A stretch of DNA of 62,741 bases, counting the filler, from Porpidia crustulata (Eukaryota), in NCBI GenBank assembly GCA_964255105.1. It is 4 parts of 4 records of this genome, joined end to end, with 100 filler letters (N's around TTAATTAATTAA, not from the genome) between each part and the next. Parts side by side here need not be neighbours in the genome. Positions count along the whole stretch, not along the records: positions 1 to 15,639 come from CAXUWE010000292.1; 3 more parts are not named here. One strand, given 5' to 3'. The translations under genes were made by a program, and so were the position numbers. This document shows, one piece after another, positions 1 to 12,399 of the stretch. Position 1 is the first letter of the stretch. Each line of letters opens with the position of its first letter. The notes under the pieces were generated by a model. That model saw nothing but the letters and a program-made list of their open reading frames with translations, was not told the origin of the DNA and ran no database searches.

Positions 1-530
1 TTGAAGAATGCCTACGTGCTCCTACGGTTGTACGAAGAACGCAACTTTGTGGAGCAAGGTCGCGGAGTACCCTTCAGTAGACTACCACGCCCTCGCCGCA
101 TCTAACCAGAGTCAGGATTTGATCCAACTTCACCTTTGCGCCTTCTGGAACACGAGCGTGACGATCTAGAACCAAGGGATAGAACAAACTACAACAAGAC
201 AAGAGAATCGATGGGCAGTTTATTTGTGAAGTATGCTCTATAGGCTGGCGACTGGCAATACAATAGTTTGATATTGTGCATTGCAAAATTTCAGGAGAAC
301 AATCGTTGGCTAACGTTGTTGGTGCTCTTTGTGGTTCAACCCCGTTTCCAATGACGGCACCCTCCATCCAATCCGCGTTACTAATTTTGGACCGATTTAG
401 CTTTCCGATACCGTAGAACGACATGGAGATACTGCACAAACATCTAAATGGACTCTAAGAACTCCAAACGCCTAGCCAGTATTCCCCCAACCTTCATTAG
501 GGGTCCACAACGGTAGGAACTTCTCCTTCC

Positions 531-3500
531 TCAAGTCGTCGAGTTTTCCCCTGGAGTCTTCGGGCGCAACACAGTTTCTTGGACTGCTGCTCCAGCAATC
601 GCAGGGTCTTTGGACTTGGTCATGGCGGCAAGCCTCTCATCGATCATCTTAGCAAGATACGTGTCAAGCAAATCACCAGAGACTATATCCTTCGCAACCT
701 GGGTCTTTGACTTTTGATCGCTAATTACACCGATGGTAAGTTTCAACTCTCGCTCTAGCTCTTCTGCACTCTCCTGCTTCAACATCTCGGTCGACGAGGC
801 GATCTTCCTGCGAAATGCTCTCAGAGACTTACAAGTTTGGTCGGCGGCCACGTGTGGATCGTTAGAGTTACTTGTACTCTTTCTGTGGTGCCGTTCGTTT
901 ACTGAAGGGCGTCTGGATCTCATGCTCGTTGTGGCCTTTCTGGGTGGAGGTGTCGAGGAGTGATCCTGTAATATTTTACGACTGATTTCCCCGCCTGCCG
1001 AAGATGATGAGGGAGGACATGGGTTCGCTGGCATGATAGGGATGGCCGCCTTGAGTGTGCTAGCGAATGTATTTCTCGAGCTCTTGTTTCTTGTTAGAGA
1101 TAGAGAGTAACTTCGGGATGGCGTTGGTGCGTCGTCATTACTTTCTAGGGACTTTTGAAAATCTTGTATTTCAGACTTGGAAAGAATCCTTCGTAAAGGG
1201 TGCGACGATGACGGCATATGTGAGCCCAACGGCTCAGCTCCTACAGAATCATCCTCGACTTTCCTTTGGAACCCTATCAAAGCGTGGGGTCGCACAGTTA
1301 GACCCCAAATCATTACCGTGCCATCCAGACCTGTGCTGACCACGGCCCTTTCTGCATCTCCGTGTCTTTTCAGCTGTTGAACGTATGCGAAATCGCTGAT
1401 TACCGTCTGACCGTACTCCTTGACCAGAACGGAACCACTGTCGTAGTCGTACACGCTGATGGATTTGTCTGTTAACGAAACGCCTAAGAGCATTGGTACT
1501 CGACTAGAGTTCTTCTCGATTCTATGCATAGATAACGAGCTGATGACGAGGGAGTCGCTGCCTGTGTGGTCCACTGCTTTGAAGCTTTGTAGAAGCCGTC
1601 CTGTGGAAAGGTCATATTTGTGTATCTGCCTATCAATTGTAGAGACGACGAGTATGGTGGACTCGGGCAGAACGGAGAGGGCCATAGGACTAGCCTTGAG
1701 CGTGATGACACGAATTAGTATGAAGGCGACTTCTTGCGCTTCTCCCATTGCTAATGATCGAACTACAATTGTTCGATCTGAGGATGAGGATAGAAGAGTG
1801 GTTCCTTTGTTCATGAACACAACATTGCATACGCTCGCTGCGTGATCGTTTAGGGTCTGCTGAAGACTCATGATATTACCGGATTTCCTAAAGAGCTGCA
1901 GCGTCCGGTCACGACCGCAACTGGCGACGAGCGTATCCCCGCCATCGCGTCCAGTCATTGCAATATCGAGTATATCGCCGCTATGCGCTCTCTGAAACAT
2001 ATTTTTCTTGCTGGCACAATCTATAACACGCAATACCCCAAACTTATCCCCAGATATAAAAAACTCGTTGGGCTCGTTCGACCTCACCACTTTCAGCTCG
2101 TTTTGGTCACCTTCTTCGGCATTATCTGGTTGGTCAAGTGGGATCGCAAGCTTGCCCTTACAGGTACCATTGAGAAGCCAGAAGATAACAGTCCCTTGGA
2201 CAGACCACGTGAAGAACTCAGCGTCATAATTATTGGGTTGATGTAGAATGCTCACTCCCAGCACAGCGCTGTCGTGAGCTGGAATCTGCCTCTCTGTTCT
2301 CGCAGTACTCTCTATGCTGGTACCAGTAGCGTGTCTAAGCCTAATACCACGATCAGAACCCACAGTGACAATCTGGCTGCGCAGATAACCCATGGCCAGA
2401 GTGTCTACTTTTGGGATAGAGCTTGAGTCAGAGGGAGGCTTAGGATCGGCGAGCGATATGACAGGATCCGAAGCCATCTCACTGTCTATCAAAAGGTCCA
2501 GGGGAATGTTCCAGACCTTCCCCTTTGTACCTCCCATCCAGAGGCAGTTACTTGTGGTGTTCACCGTCAGGCATAGAATACTGGAATCGACCTGTGCGAT
2601 TCGATCTAGCCGTTGACTACGCCCTGCATCGTCAAGTAAGCAGACATCTCCCTTGTCGGTACACAGTATTGCTTTGGAGTCTGATATAGCGAGGACGCAA
2701 GTGAATACCGCATCGATCAAAGATCCAAGTAAGCAGTTTCTTCCAGGCAGCGTTCGTGGTACGGGACTGCTTGGCGTTCTATCGAGACCGTTCTCAACAT
2801 CAAATCGCTTCTTTAAGGGTGAGGAGGACATGGCATGTTCCGGTCTCCAGACCTTAACATGGCGAGTGCCAACTGTGATAACACTACTGCCCATCCAGGC
2901 TATGGTCCGTACAAAAGAGGTAACCTTATTACTGAACTGTAGTCTACACGATCCTGATTTTGGATTGATAGACCATAAATATACAAACCCATCATGCATA
3001 TTGCCGAGTGAGCAAAGCCATCGTGAGTCTGGAGAGAAAGCGCAGGCACGGACACCAAATCTGTGCTCGGAAATAGACGACAGGGGAACATCTGATTGGA
3101 CATTACGGGCTGTCGAAAATATTAGTATTCGTGGGTTGTAACCTATCTGCACACGTCAGTTTGACTTCGATGTGGAGCAGCTTCAGGAAAGAGGGACAAG
3201 TTGTGGTATACATGCAGTGCAGATAGACAAATACCCTAGCGGAACCTTCGGACACATACAGTAGACGACGGAACCATTCTTGGAAACTTTCTCGGACACT
3301 ATTTCGGATACGAGTAGCATGTGGAAATGGCTAGATTCGTAAAGAAAGATTATACGCGGACATTGTAGTGGTGATGAAGTCAGAAATGCCCAGGCTGCTC
3401 ACCTCTCCTACAGCCAGAAATTTCCCTCCCGGACTCAGTGAAACGCAGGATGCATCTCGAGCTAATTTGTTCGCTTTGCTCCGGGAAGAGGGTTCCGAAT

Positions 3501-3921
3501 GAGCAACTCCCATTGGATTACCCCCACCTGCTTGTCTGTATCCACCATCTTTCAGAGATGACTTGGGCCGGCTGTGAGAGTCCGGTGTTCCCTGCGATGT
3601 CAGGGAACTATAAAACGAGGGAGTGATATTGGTGGGCCACGCGTCGGGTCTCGTACGGAAGAAACGTTTCGTGATGTCAAGATTTTCGTCCAGCTGGCTC
3701 AATACCACCGCAGACCCCGCACATACAGCAAAAGAATGCGAATCCTGGTCCACGCTAAACCCGTTCGCCGAAGTGGTGGTGGTGCCGATGATATTTCTGA
3801 GCGATAGATCAAATCCAGTATCTGCTCGAGCAGCTCTACCTGCTGGCTGAGTAGGGGTAAACTTGTTCTTGGGAGTCCGCCTCGGGCTTTCAGTATTACT
3901 GGGATCGTTCATCCTGGACAT
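531..3921 (-). CDS. WD40-repeat protein, MAPKBP1/WDR62-like (2 exons: 3403-3921, 531-3146)
   Basis: ORFs 3331..3921 and 531..3152 join in phase 0 through a GTGAGC...CTGACGTGTGCAG intron (3147-3402), giving FLAVGE|IGYNPRILIF. Multiple WD40 repeats (HRFGVRACAFSPDSRWLCSLG, HSGDILDI, HAASVCNVVF) and a low-complexity C-terminus. Confidence 0.85.
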
Positions 3922-4180
3922 AGTGGATCCCTAGCCAAAGCTGCATCAAGGGTTCTATAAAGTGCCACCGGTTCGAGTGCTCGGGTGTGGTTGAAGATTG
4001 GGTACATTGCGAATCAACTTCATGAAGCCAGAGGATCTTCGCGCGCCTTCAAGTATGTCCTTTCGTTTGGAATACCGAGTCGCTTGTCTAATCATGTTAC
4101 CATAAAATCGGGCACCATTGACGTCCAAAATTTGTAACGCGCTTGTGTTATCGTACGCAAAATGGTACAGCCGATTCATA

Positions 4181-4294
4181 TACTCGTGCACACCTCTAGT
4201 TCGGTCACACCCCTAGCTCGGCCACCATGGTAAGGGTTAGGGTTTTGTGATCAAATTCAAGTGAGCGTGGCCGAACTAGGGGTGTATACGTGTA
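4181..4294. mobile_element. MITE-like element, copy A (TA-flanked, 28-bp imperfect TIRs, internal AGGGTTAGGG)
   Basis: Left end TACTCGTGCACACCTCTAGTTCGGTCAC; reverse complement of right end TACACGTATACACCCCTAGTTCGGCCAC (23/28). An extra tandem subunit ACACCCCTAGCTCGGCCAC follows the left TIR. Confidence 0.75.
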
Positions 4295-4541
4295 TCATAT
4301 ACTATTATGTGCAAAACTGTACGATATCGATTTTCTTTCCTCGTGCGCTCTTCCAAGCGTTACACTTTTTTTTCGAGACTTTAACAACTTAAGTGTTTCT
4401 TCAGATATTTGATTTTATTCTAGATTCCTAAACTTGAATTACGTTTTTGCATACAATGACAGATGCTGCAACCTCGAATTTGCTTTCACCTGAGCATCAC
4501 AATAATACTGATCAGTTAACACATCGCCCAGAAGCTGACAT

Positions 4542-5669
4542 ATGAGCAGTAAGCTTCAACTTAAAACTGATCTGCCCCTAAGGCTACACCGGGCAATGTC
4601 TTGTTCAGCATGTGCCAGCTTCTCCCTACGAGGTTTCATGATGGATTTTGTCAACGTTGAGCTTCGGTTTAATCCATCTATTCGCTTTACGAAGGAATTT
4701 GCAGTACTTAGACGTCCATCGCACAATGCCTCCATCGCGCGTGGGCGCGCATTACCTCAAGATAGCACGGATCAAATCAGCACATACAACACAACTCGGA
4801 CAGGAATAGTTGATACGCCCTTTTCGCCTAGAAAATCTGTACACTCAGCGTGTATAAAGTTGCAAACAGTGGCATGTGGTGGAAATTCATCCGAATCTCG
4901 TAGAGCACCTCTCGCCCTAATAAAGCACCCGTGCGCCGTGCGTAGCCTCTACAGATCGAACTCCAGGATTCGCAGCATAACCACTGCGTCAAGGTCTGCC
5001 TCTGATCTTATACCGAACGACCATCTAGCTGTGCCTGGCGCAAATCAAGTTCCATCAGCAGACTTCATGGAGATTCATGGGAAGCGTGAGGGGAAGCGGG
5101 ATACTACTTCGATTACTGCTACATCCTGGAAGAACGCCGAGTTTCCTGGCAAAGAGCGTTCAAATCTTCCAGTGAATACTAAGCCTTGCGTTACAAAGGA
5201 ATACCGTCAGCGCAAACCTTGGCAGGTTCAGAAAAGTGCGTTGCAGTCGAAATTCGGTCCTACCGGTTGGTCTCCTCGAAAGCGCCTTTCGCCTGACGCT
5301 CTTGAGGGCATTCGCGCCCTCAATGCAAAGTACCCTAAGAAATACACCACGCCAGTGCTGGCGGATCAATTCCAGGTCTCGCCAGAAGCGGTACGAAGGA
5401 TATTGAAAAGCAAGTGGAAAGCCAATGAGGAAGAGGAGCTGGAGCGGCGCCAGCGCTGGGATAAGCGAGGTGCAGCTATATGGAGTAGTATGGTGGAGAT
5501 AGGCATCAAACCCCCTAAAAAGTGGAAGGATATGGGAATTGGTAAGGGTCGGAATCGTCGAGCAGGATGGGCAGGAGAGTTGAGAGCTAGTATGTGGGAC
5601 AGTGGTGATGCGTCGCACGGTGGGCATGAAGCCGGCTCGGGTGCATCGCTGTCAGATAGGATTCTTTAG
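4542..5669 (+). CDS. RRG9: Mitochondrial Neugrin-domain protein (required for respiratory growth 9)
   Basis: Motifs WQVQKSALQSKFG..GWSPRKRLSPDALEGIRAL and TTPVLADQFQVSPEAVRRILKSKW are typical of Rrg9/neugrin. The start may instead be the ATG at 4596. Confidence 0.85.
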   Translation: MSSKLQLKTDLPLRLHRAMSCSACASFSLRGFMMDFVNVELRFNPSIRFTKEFAVLRRPSHNASIARGRALPQDSTDQISTYNTTRTGIVDTPFSPRKSVHSACIKLQTVACGGNSSESRRAPLALIKHPCAVRSLYRSNSRIRSITTASRSASDLIPNDHLAVPGANQVPSADFMEIHGKREGKRDTTSITATSWKNAEFPGKERSNLPVNTKPCVTKEYRQRKPWQVQKSALQSKFGPTGWSPRKRLSPDALEGIRALNAKYPKKYTTPVLADQFQVSPEAVRRILKSKWKANEEEELERRQRWDKRGAAIWSSMVEIGIKPPKKWKDMGIGKGRNRRAGWAGELRASMWDSGDASHGGHEAGSGASLSDRIL

Positions 5670-6629
5670 ACCACTATGCCTACAAATACTGCACATCAGT
5701 CGCGTGGGCGATCGCATACCAGAGGTATAGATAAATTGAATGCATACCTCGACATTGTTGTATTCAATACTCTAATCCCAATTCAGGATTTAGCGAGTCC
5801 GAACGGAGAAAAACCAAATTTGCTAGATAAATTTGGTTTCCGCCGCGTTTCGCAACTGAGATAAGTGTTCTAGTTTGTACGTGGCAGTGGCCTTTAGATT
5901 GTGATGAAGTGATATCCGTAAATTGCCTGAGTAGTGGACAGTGAAATGACTTGAAGGTACAGATTTGTTCAAGGCGACTGTTTAAGGGAGAATCTCGAGC
6001 GACTTGATCTCAGAAAATCCGAGATGGTCGCACCCTAGGTAGGGCAAGGGGCAGTAGACGTGCTGTTTGTACTAGAGCGACAGCTGGACAATATCAACAC
6101 GCCCATGGTAGTCGATGAGTATCTACTATGACAATACAATGAACGTCTTGATTCAAGCAACACACTCCTACGACTTGAATACATCGGTCACCTACATACA
6201 AGCTAGATGTCTAAGCGGAAGCTTGAAACATCCAAGAAGCGGACTCGCTAATGATGCCATGATCTATCCGAATGGATTACAGGGTGAGTTCGAATCAGCA
6301 TGCTTTTTCAATCCCTCTTAAGTTTCGTTTAGAAGATGAGTTTTCCTTTCTTCAAGCCTCGCATTTCCGGTGACTATCCGTGAATCGGCGACAGGAACAT
6401 TCACAAGGAATGACCATGATTCAACAAATCACCTGAGACTCATGTGAAATGCCTTGAAACAGCACGATGCACTGAGAATTACATGCGAAAGTTGAGCAGA
6501 GAAAGTTGAAATAGTACGTGGGGTCCTGGATAGCAAGCGTGTAGCGATCATCCTTATGCAAAAGATACTAGGATCTTCTGTATTCTTGCTAGCCAGTCCC
6601 ACATATAGCAAATGCTTGAATAAACCTTA

Positions 6630-7261
6630 CTAGACCACAGTAGACCTTGACTCTCTCATCTGTAGATATTCTTTTCGATGCATATTGACATCCGCTTCTG
6701 ATCCTCGATTTAACGGAGTCCACTTTGGCTTGTCTTTGAATAGTCGCATGGCTTTGATGTACTAACAAGCTATCAGTGGAAGTTCACCCTACGGAGAATA
6801 TAATATACCCACATTCTTGCTGTCCGTCGTGAAACGATGATAAATTCCCGCAGGGAGAATGATGAGATCGCCTTTAACCATCCTTATTCTGATCCAGTCA
6901 TCGTGCTCATTCCTGACATCAAAGAAACCTTCTCCATCTAGGATATATCGGATTTCTTCGTCTTCATGCAAATGTTCATTGAAGAATATCTTTACCTTCT
7001 CTTCATAGACATCACCCATCGTCGCTGGCGAGACAGTGATCTCATCTGTGTGCGTGTAAGAGCGTTCAAGTTGTAATTTTCTAACAGAAGCTATGTCCGG
7101 GCAGTGATGATAGATAACGCCCAGATCGAAAAGCAAGTCTGTATTGACAGGTCGACCGCAATCATGGTCTTCCCGTTGATCTCCCTGTCACGCGTCAAGA
7201 AAGACTTCGTTATGAGGTGCCAGCAACTCACGTCCAGATTATCGTACCAATATGCCTTCAT
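6630..7261 (-). CDS. ADI1: Acireductone dioxygenase (methionine salvage), 3 exons
   Basis: [18 protein letters not shown]...[25 protein letters not shown]...[35 protein letters not shown]; introns 7185-7231 and ~6762-6812. Confidence 0.95.
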
Positions 7262-7995
7262 CTTCGCGTGTTATTTATTTTGAGTAATGGAGAATTTGTG
7301 GAGCGATAATACCATTTCTAGAGTAAGTGTCTTGAGTGTTTACAGCGGTGATGTTGACGCGTGTAAGCGGCCCGTGCGATTATTTTGGCGAGTACGGCGA
7401 GACGATACTACCCGCCGTGCTACCGAGACCGTAGACGCCTACTTTTTTCCACCTTATTGTCTTTAGTACCTATGATCATCCCCGTACAGTACCCATGCGA
7501 GTGCCCCTGAGATACAGTGGAAGTCGTAGTGCGGGTACGAAGTCACAATGATAGGTTAATCTGTCAATTGGCGCGCCGCGAACATTTTGCCTGTTATATT
7601 ATCTGGGTACGCCCAATATGCCTGACTCAAAACGCACAATATCCACCGATGATCTTATGCATCGATGACTGAGTTGGTTCGCCAGGGTCGGCTGATGAAT
7701 TCGATCAAGGTAATAGTCTAGAACGATGTAAGGAAGCGTGCCCGGGAGTCTTCAAGCATAGCTAGGCACTGCACATCATCGATGCCTCATGTATTGGCAG
7801 ACGCCGCGAACAAAACCTCTGATCGGACTATCAAGGCACATCGAAGATCAGTCCACGGTGGCTCCAACGTGGATGATAGATCTATCCTCGCTCCGATTAT
7901 CGACCTCCTTCCAAAGCAAATTAATGTTCGCTAGCAGTAATTTGGGGAGTCCCAACCCCAGGAAGATCATCGTAGCATTGCCGTCGAATCATGCT

Positions 7996-8735
7996 ATGAA
8001 TGGAAAGGACAAGAAGTTCCGGCTCTTAAGCCTTCCACCAGAGCTCAGAATTGCTATATATCGCCGATTGCTAACCCCCAAATACACCAATTGAACTTCT
8101 AAGAAACACTCGTGATATTACTAGCCGTGCCACTAAGTGGTCGAAACGTATAAGATTCAAGGTCTAAGAAAGTGAAATTTAAGTGCCTATTCCTTGAGAG
8201 TCTGGGGACATGCAAACCAAGTGCATGACGAAGCCAGCAGTAATATTTACGGCTGCGACCTCTTTAAGCTTCGAAGCTACCACAGCGAAAGGCCTTAGGC
8301 TGTAGTGCTGCGAATGAGGCATTTACACCTGCTGAAGGATATCAAGGTTTAGGTGATTCCTCGGGAGCCCTATAACAGGTAAGATGCATGGGTAGCCACC
8401 TTGCTGAGAAAACTTATGATAGACGAAACGCAGCTAGACGCATTTGAAACGTCATGATACGGTTGGAGACGGTTTCACCTTCGGACTGACGGGTTAGTGT
8501 GTCACTCCTTCCAGCTACTACGAGCGAAGAAAATTTCGTCATTAAGGTGGGTAGAGAAGAGACGATGCAAATAGAAATGGCGCAGCAGCTGCAGCAGAAC
8601 ATGCACTCGTGGCGAGCGGAGTTCCATCGGCCTATCAATGTTAAGACTAGCGCTAAACTATGTGGAAACGGCTGGGCTGCGGTTAACAAACGCATGGCAA
8701 ACACCACTGCGTTGTCAGAGGACGGTCTACTTTGA
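7996..8735 (+). pseudogene. Decayed fungal F-box-like ('FLxLPxELRxxIY') gene
   Basis: FRLLSLPPELRIAIYRRLL, then a stop at 8092-8094. Downstream fragments TCK/QVHDEASS/IFYG-like (8200-8255) lie in shifting frames with further stops. Confidence 0.55.
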
Positions 8736-9068
8736 TTGACGGCTTCTTACAATTGTATTTCGATTGTCAATCCCCATCTTTTGGCCATTGCCTCCTATTT
8801 TGTGGAACTTTCTAGGGGTCGAAACAATCTTGTTCTGGACTATAGCTGAGAAGACCTCCTCTGATGGCTAGCGAATCCCGTGATATCCAAAGTGTCATTT
8901 TTCTAGCGAAGGGTGATGTTGTTTACCTTCGATCTAAACCGCAGTCGTACTTAGCCAAAGACATACGGTGGTATCTTGACTCGATTAGGATGGCGTATCG
9001 AATTCTAAATTATTCAGAGCATTGTCACTCACAATCATTCGGCTACGTAATGACTAGTGGCTGAAAAG

Positions 9069-9150
9069 TTCGCCTTTGGACGAAAGATTTGCCTTGGCAA
9101 AAGCAGGGCATGCACATGAGATTTTTGATCCCGCTTGTTACCGATTTACT
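9069..9150 (+). pseudogene. Cytochrome P450 relic (heme-binding motif only)
   Basis: 9069-9101 translates FAFGRKICLGK, an exact FxxGx[RK]xCxG match. There is no surrounding ORF. Confidence 0.4.
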
Positions 9151-10005
9151 GATTCGTCAACATCTCACTCTTCCGGATCAATCTGAACAGACCACAAAGA
9201 AGCCGGTAAGGATTGACTTGTTGAGCCTACGGCAACGCTTGCACGAAGCCGTTTGATCTATCGAACCAAATCGCCAAATACAGTATAGCAGCACGGGATG
9301 CTCGAGGATCGCGTATTAGATTAGCCACACGACCATCCGATAGCGAGAGTAGCTAAGGCATGTAAGCGCCATTTGGAAACCTGAATTAGTATCAGTATGG
9401 TTTGGGCATTTTTGGCTTCGTGGCTAGGCCCTGGAGCACGAATGGTAGAAGAAAGTGGCGATTGGTCATTCAAGGACGTCAATCGCGTGGCAAGGATTCG
9501 TCCGATTTCATGACAAGCAAACTTTTACAACGTAGTCTAACATAAATATTGGGTCACACAATCGAGAGGTACCAGAGTGGCGTCTGAGCTAACATTTTCC
9601 ACGGTAATGTCAATGCTTGGTGCAGTGGACCTCCCCCAAATCATTTATACGTTTGCGATCATGCACACATTATAGCGGTCATCATCTGGTCGTGTCGTGA
9701 AAAACCATGGCCCAGAGGCGGTACACCCACATAAATTGTTGGATTACAACTATGGATACAGGCAATCGATCCAAAATCCTTCGGCTGGTAATTTATATCA
9801 ATTGAAGATATTGTTGCAAGCAATCGTATTTAAATGGTAGGTGCTTTCTGCAGTGCCCGCCCTTCATCTTGCAGTATACATGAGCAATGCAAGCCGGTGT
9901 CCGCGGGACAATAGTAGTGTCCTCTAAAATTTTGAACGCTTTAAATACTTGGTCACTGATCGAGATGACATGCTGAAAGCTACCTTCATTCGTTTGTACA
10001 TCGAT

Positions 10006-10912
10006 TTACAAAGTGTCAGTCAGTAGCTTGTTCATCTTCGCAATTTTGGAGGAGACGCTGAGGTCGATTGTCCGGTCCCCAATCTCAACAACCAAGCCAC
10101 CCATGATATCAGGGTTGACCTAGCCAACATGTAAGTATGAAAAGTTGCATAATTGAGCACAAAGTCTCGAACCTTTTGTACTACCTTCAACTTCTTGCCC
10201 TGGCTGTACTCTGATTTTGTGACCGCGGCCTCTAGTCGTTGTAGCATCTTGGTATCAAGTCTCTAATAGTTGTCTATCAGATGAGCCGCTTGAGGCTGAA
10301 TCAATAGTGGCTTACTTGAGCGCTTGTGACTGTCAAGTCCACTTCCCCCATTGCAGCTCCCATCAGCGTCGCAAACTTCTCACAAACGCCTTGCAATATC
10401 CCGAGTCTGTTATTATCGGCAAGTGTCTTAAGAAAATTCTTGACGGTGTCGCCTTTGTCGACTGTCCCCATGTGCCTCTGTAGCTCCTGAACGATCGAGG
10501 ATTTGTCCCCCGGCGTTAGAGTTGGGGCTGTCAGAATGACGGGAAGCTTTGGGTCCTTGTTGAAAACATCAGAGAGCGCGGCTAATGCTCTTGAAGTGCT
10601 ATCAAGAGCCGAAGTTTTGGCTGCAGCAGTATACTAATTCCCACGACAGAGTAAGCCATCATCGACAAAGCATTCGTAATATAAACCTGGCAGAGTGTAG
10701 GGGCATGGGCCTTAACGTACCAATGCACTCGCATATGTGCCATCGAGCCCATAGACAGCGACTGGAGGCTTTGAATCCTGCCCGAATGATGCCTGGTTTG
10801 GAGCGGCCTGAGCAAAGGTTCTCAACGGCGGAGGTACAATTGTTGTTGAGGTACAGCTGGTGCGAGAAGTAAAAGATCGCGAACCTGCAATCCTGATTTG
10901 TCTTGATAACAT
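10006..10912 (-). CDS. ATP5: Mitochondrial ATP synthase OSCP (delta) subunit, 4 exons
   Basis: Presequence, then KPPVAVYGLDGTYASAL|YTAAAKTSAL...FLKTLADNNRLGILQGVCEKF...VTSAQ|RLD...|VNPDIMGGLVVEIGDRTIDLSVSSKIAKMNKLLTDTL*. Confidence 0.95.
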
Positions 10913-11017
10913 AGTTAGTATGCGGAGGCACAATGCTTCACAAGCTTTCGTCCTAGTTCAATGATAAACGGCTCAGATGGAAATAATGTTTAATATCATC
11001 GCGGCAAGGGTTGCGGC

Positions 11018-11124
11018 TACTCGTCGACACCCCTCAGTCGAACACCGCACCTAGGGTTAGGGCTACAAAGGCTTTGAGACCCTAACCCTAGTTGCGGTGT
11101 TCGACTGAGGGGTGTATCCGAGTA
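11018..11124. mobile_element. MITE-like element, copy B: near-perfect 107-bp palindrome with head-to-head telomeric motifs
   Basis: 53-bp arms with 7 mismatches: TACTCGTCGACACCCCTCAGTCGAACACCGCACCTAGGGTTAGGGCTACAAAG vs reverse complement of right arm TACTCGGATACACCCCTCAGTCGAACACCGCAACTAGGGTTAGGGTCTCAAAG. TA at both ends. Confidence 0.8.
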
Positions 11125-11423
11125 ATCCTGGTCCACCCTAGCGTCTGTTTGCACAAGATAGGGATGTCAATACCGGGATGGAAGAAGTAAGGATACAAGA
11201 TGCAAAATAATTGCAAATATTGTGTCAAACTAGAAGGCTTGCCGCGAACCTAGAATACACGTTACGCCAAATAGACTCGAAAAGGTCCGACTATTCGTCG
11301 CAATCCCGTAGTGAACGCTCCCAACATGCTCCTGCGCAAAACTCTCTGGCTTGATTTCACTTAAGCTTACGCATATCATATCCGTGTTCCTCATGGTCTG
11401 GAGAGACAAACCTTGGGGACCTT

Positions 11424-12399
11424 TTAGTCGCTTCTTAGCATACTATCAACCAAGTCTCCCAAAGGGCCCCAGAAATCTTTACCACTAGCCAAACCATGCT
11501 CGTCGATAAAGAGTACGTAGTGCTTGAATGAGGTATTGAGATGAGGCTCAAGCCCAAGCTGTACGACGACAGGATAGTGGTGACAATAAATGTGAGCGTA
11601 TACTCTGTAAAGGCGCTTGAAGATCTGGCGAATGAGGGCGGGAAATGTCTTCGGAAACGGAACCCCTTGAACTTGGTCAGTTGATTTCTTCCCTAGATCT
11701 TGTGGCAAATCGCACCAAGCCTGCTGGGAAACATAGACTCATTGTCAATGTTACTTTGGACCCAAGCCATAAGGTGCTCAATGTAATCTGGGGCTGGCAT
11801 CTTAGTCGGCCGCTTGAAGCTCTCTGTATCTTGCCATAGATATTCAAACCTAGACAGACATTAGTGACCAGTTCGGAAAATTAGAAAATCGGCTCACTCG
11901 TCTGTGGCTTTCATCTCTGGGCACGATATAGGAGAGCAGAATTCCGTTATCGACCCATATAATAAGTTGATCTGGTTGTAGAAATCCACAACTGTGCGTA
12001 TTCACTTAGATTACCGATTCTTATGGATACAGGTTGAAGCGTTGGCTCAAAAGTAGCCACCTACCATTCACTGCAAGCCATTCGCTCAGGTCCTCTCCAT
12101 CTGGAAGTCGTACAGCTTTTCGGAGACTACCACTCCCTAGAGTCGCCTCTGCAAATTGACGTAGCTGGTAGCTGCTTGTGCCTTTATTCGCACTCCTGGG
12201 TTTGAACTGGCCTCTTGTCCTCGCGTTTCTAGTTGGTTCACATAGTAAGTTCAAGGACGGTGTACGTTATGGCAAAGAAGGATACTGCTCTACCATCATA
12301 GATCTGGGAAAAATCGTATGGCGGTAAAAGATGCAGGGCTCTGTAGATAAATTGGACAGGAGGTAAAAAAACCAACATTGTGGTGATGAATGAAGCCAT
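11424..12399 (-). CDS. MOB1: Mob1 kinase co-activator (MEN/SIN), multi-exon
   Basis: [19 protein letters not shown]...[68 protein letters not shown]...[11 protein letters not shown]. Confidence 0.95.

Noticed and set aside
1..439. ORF 74..439 and the open frame at the window start
   Set aside because: No recognisable motif, and too little context to assign a gene or strand.
5901..5955. GTGATGA...CTGA, possible box C/D snoRNA
   Set aside because: No convincing terminal stem or rRNA-complementary guide could be identified by eye.
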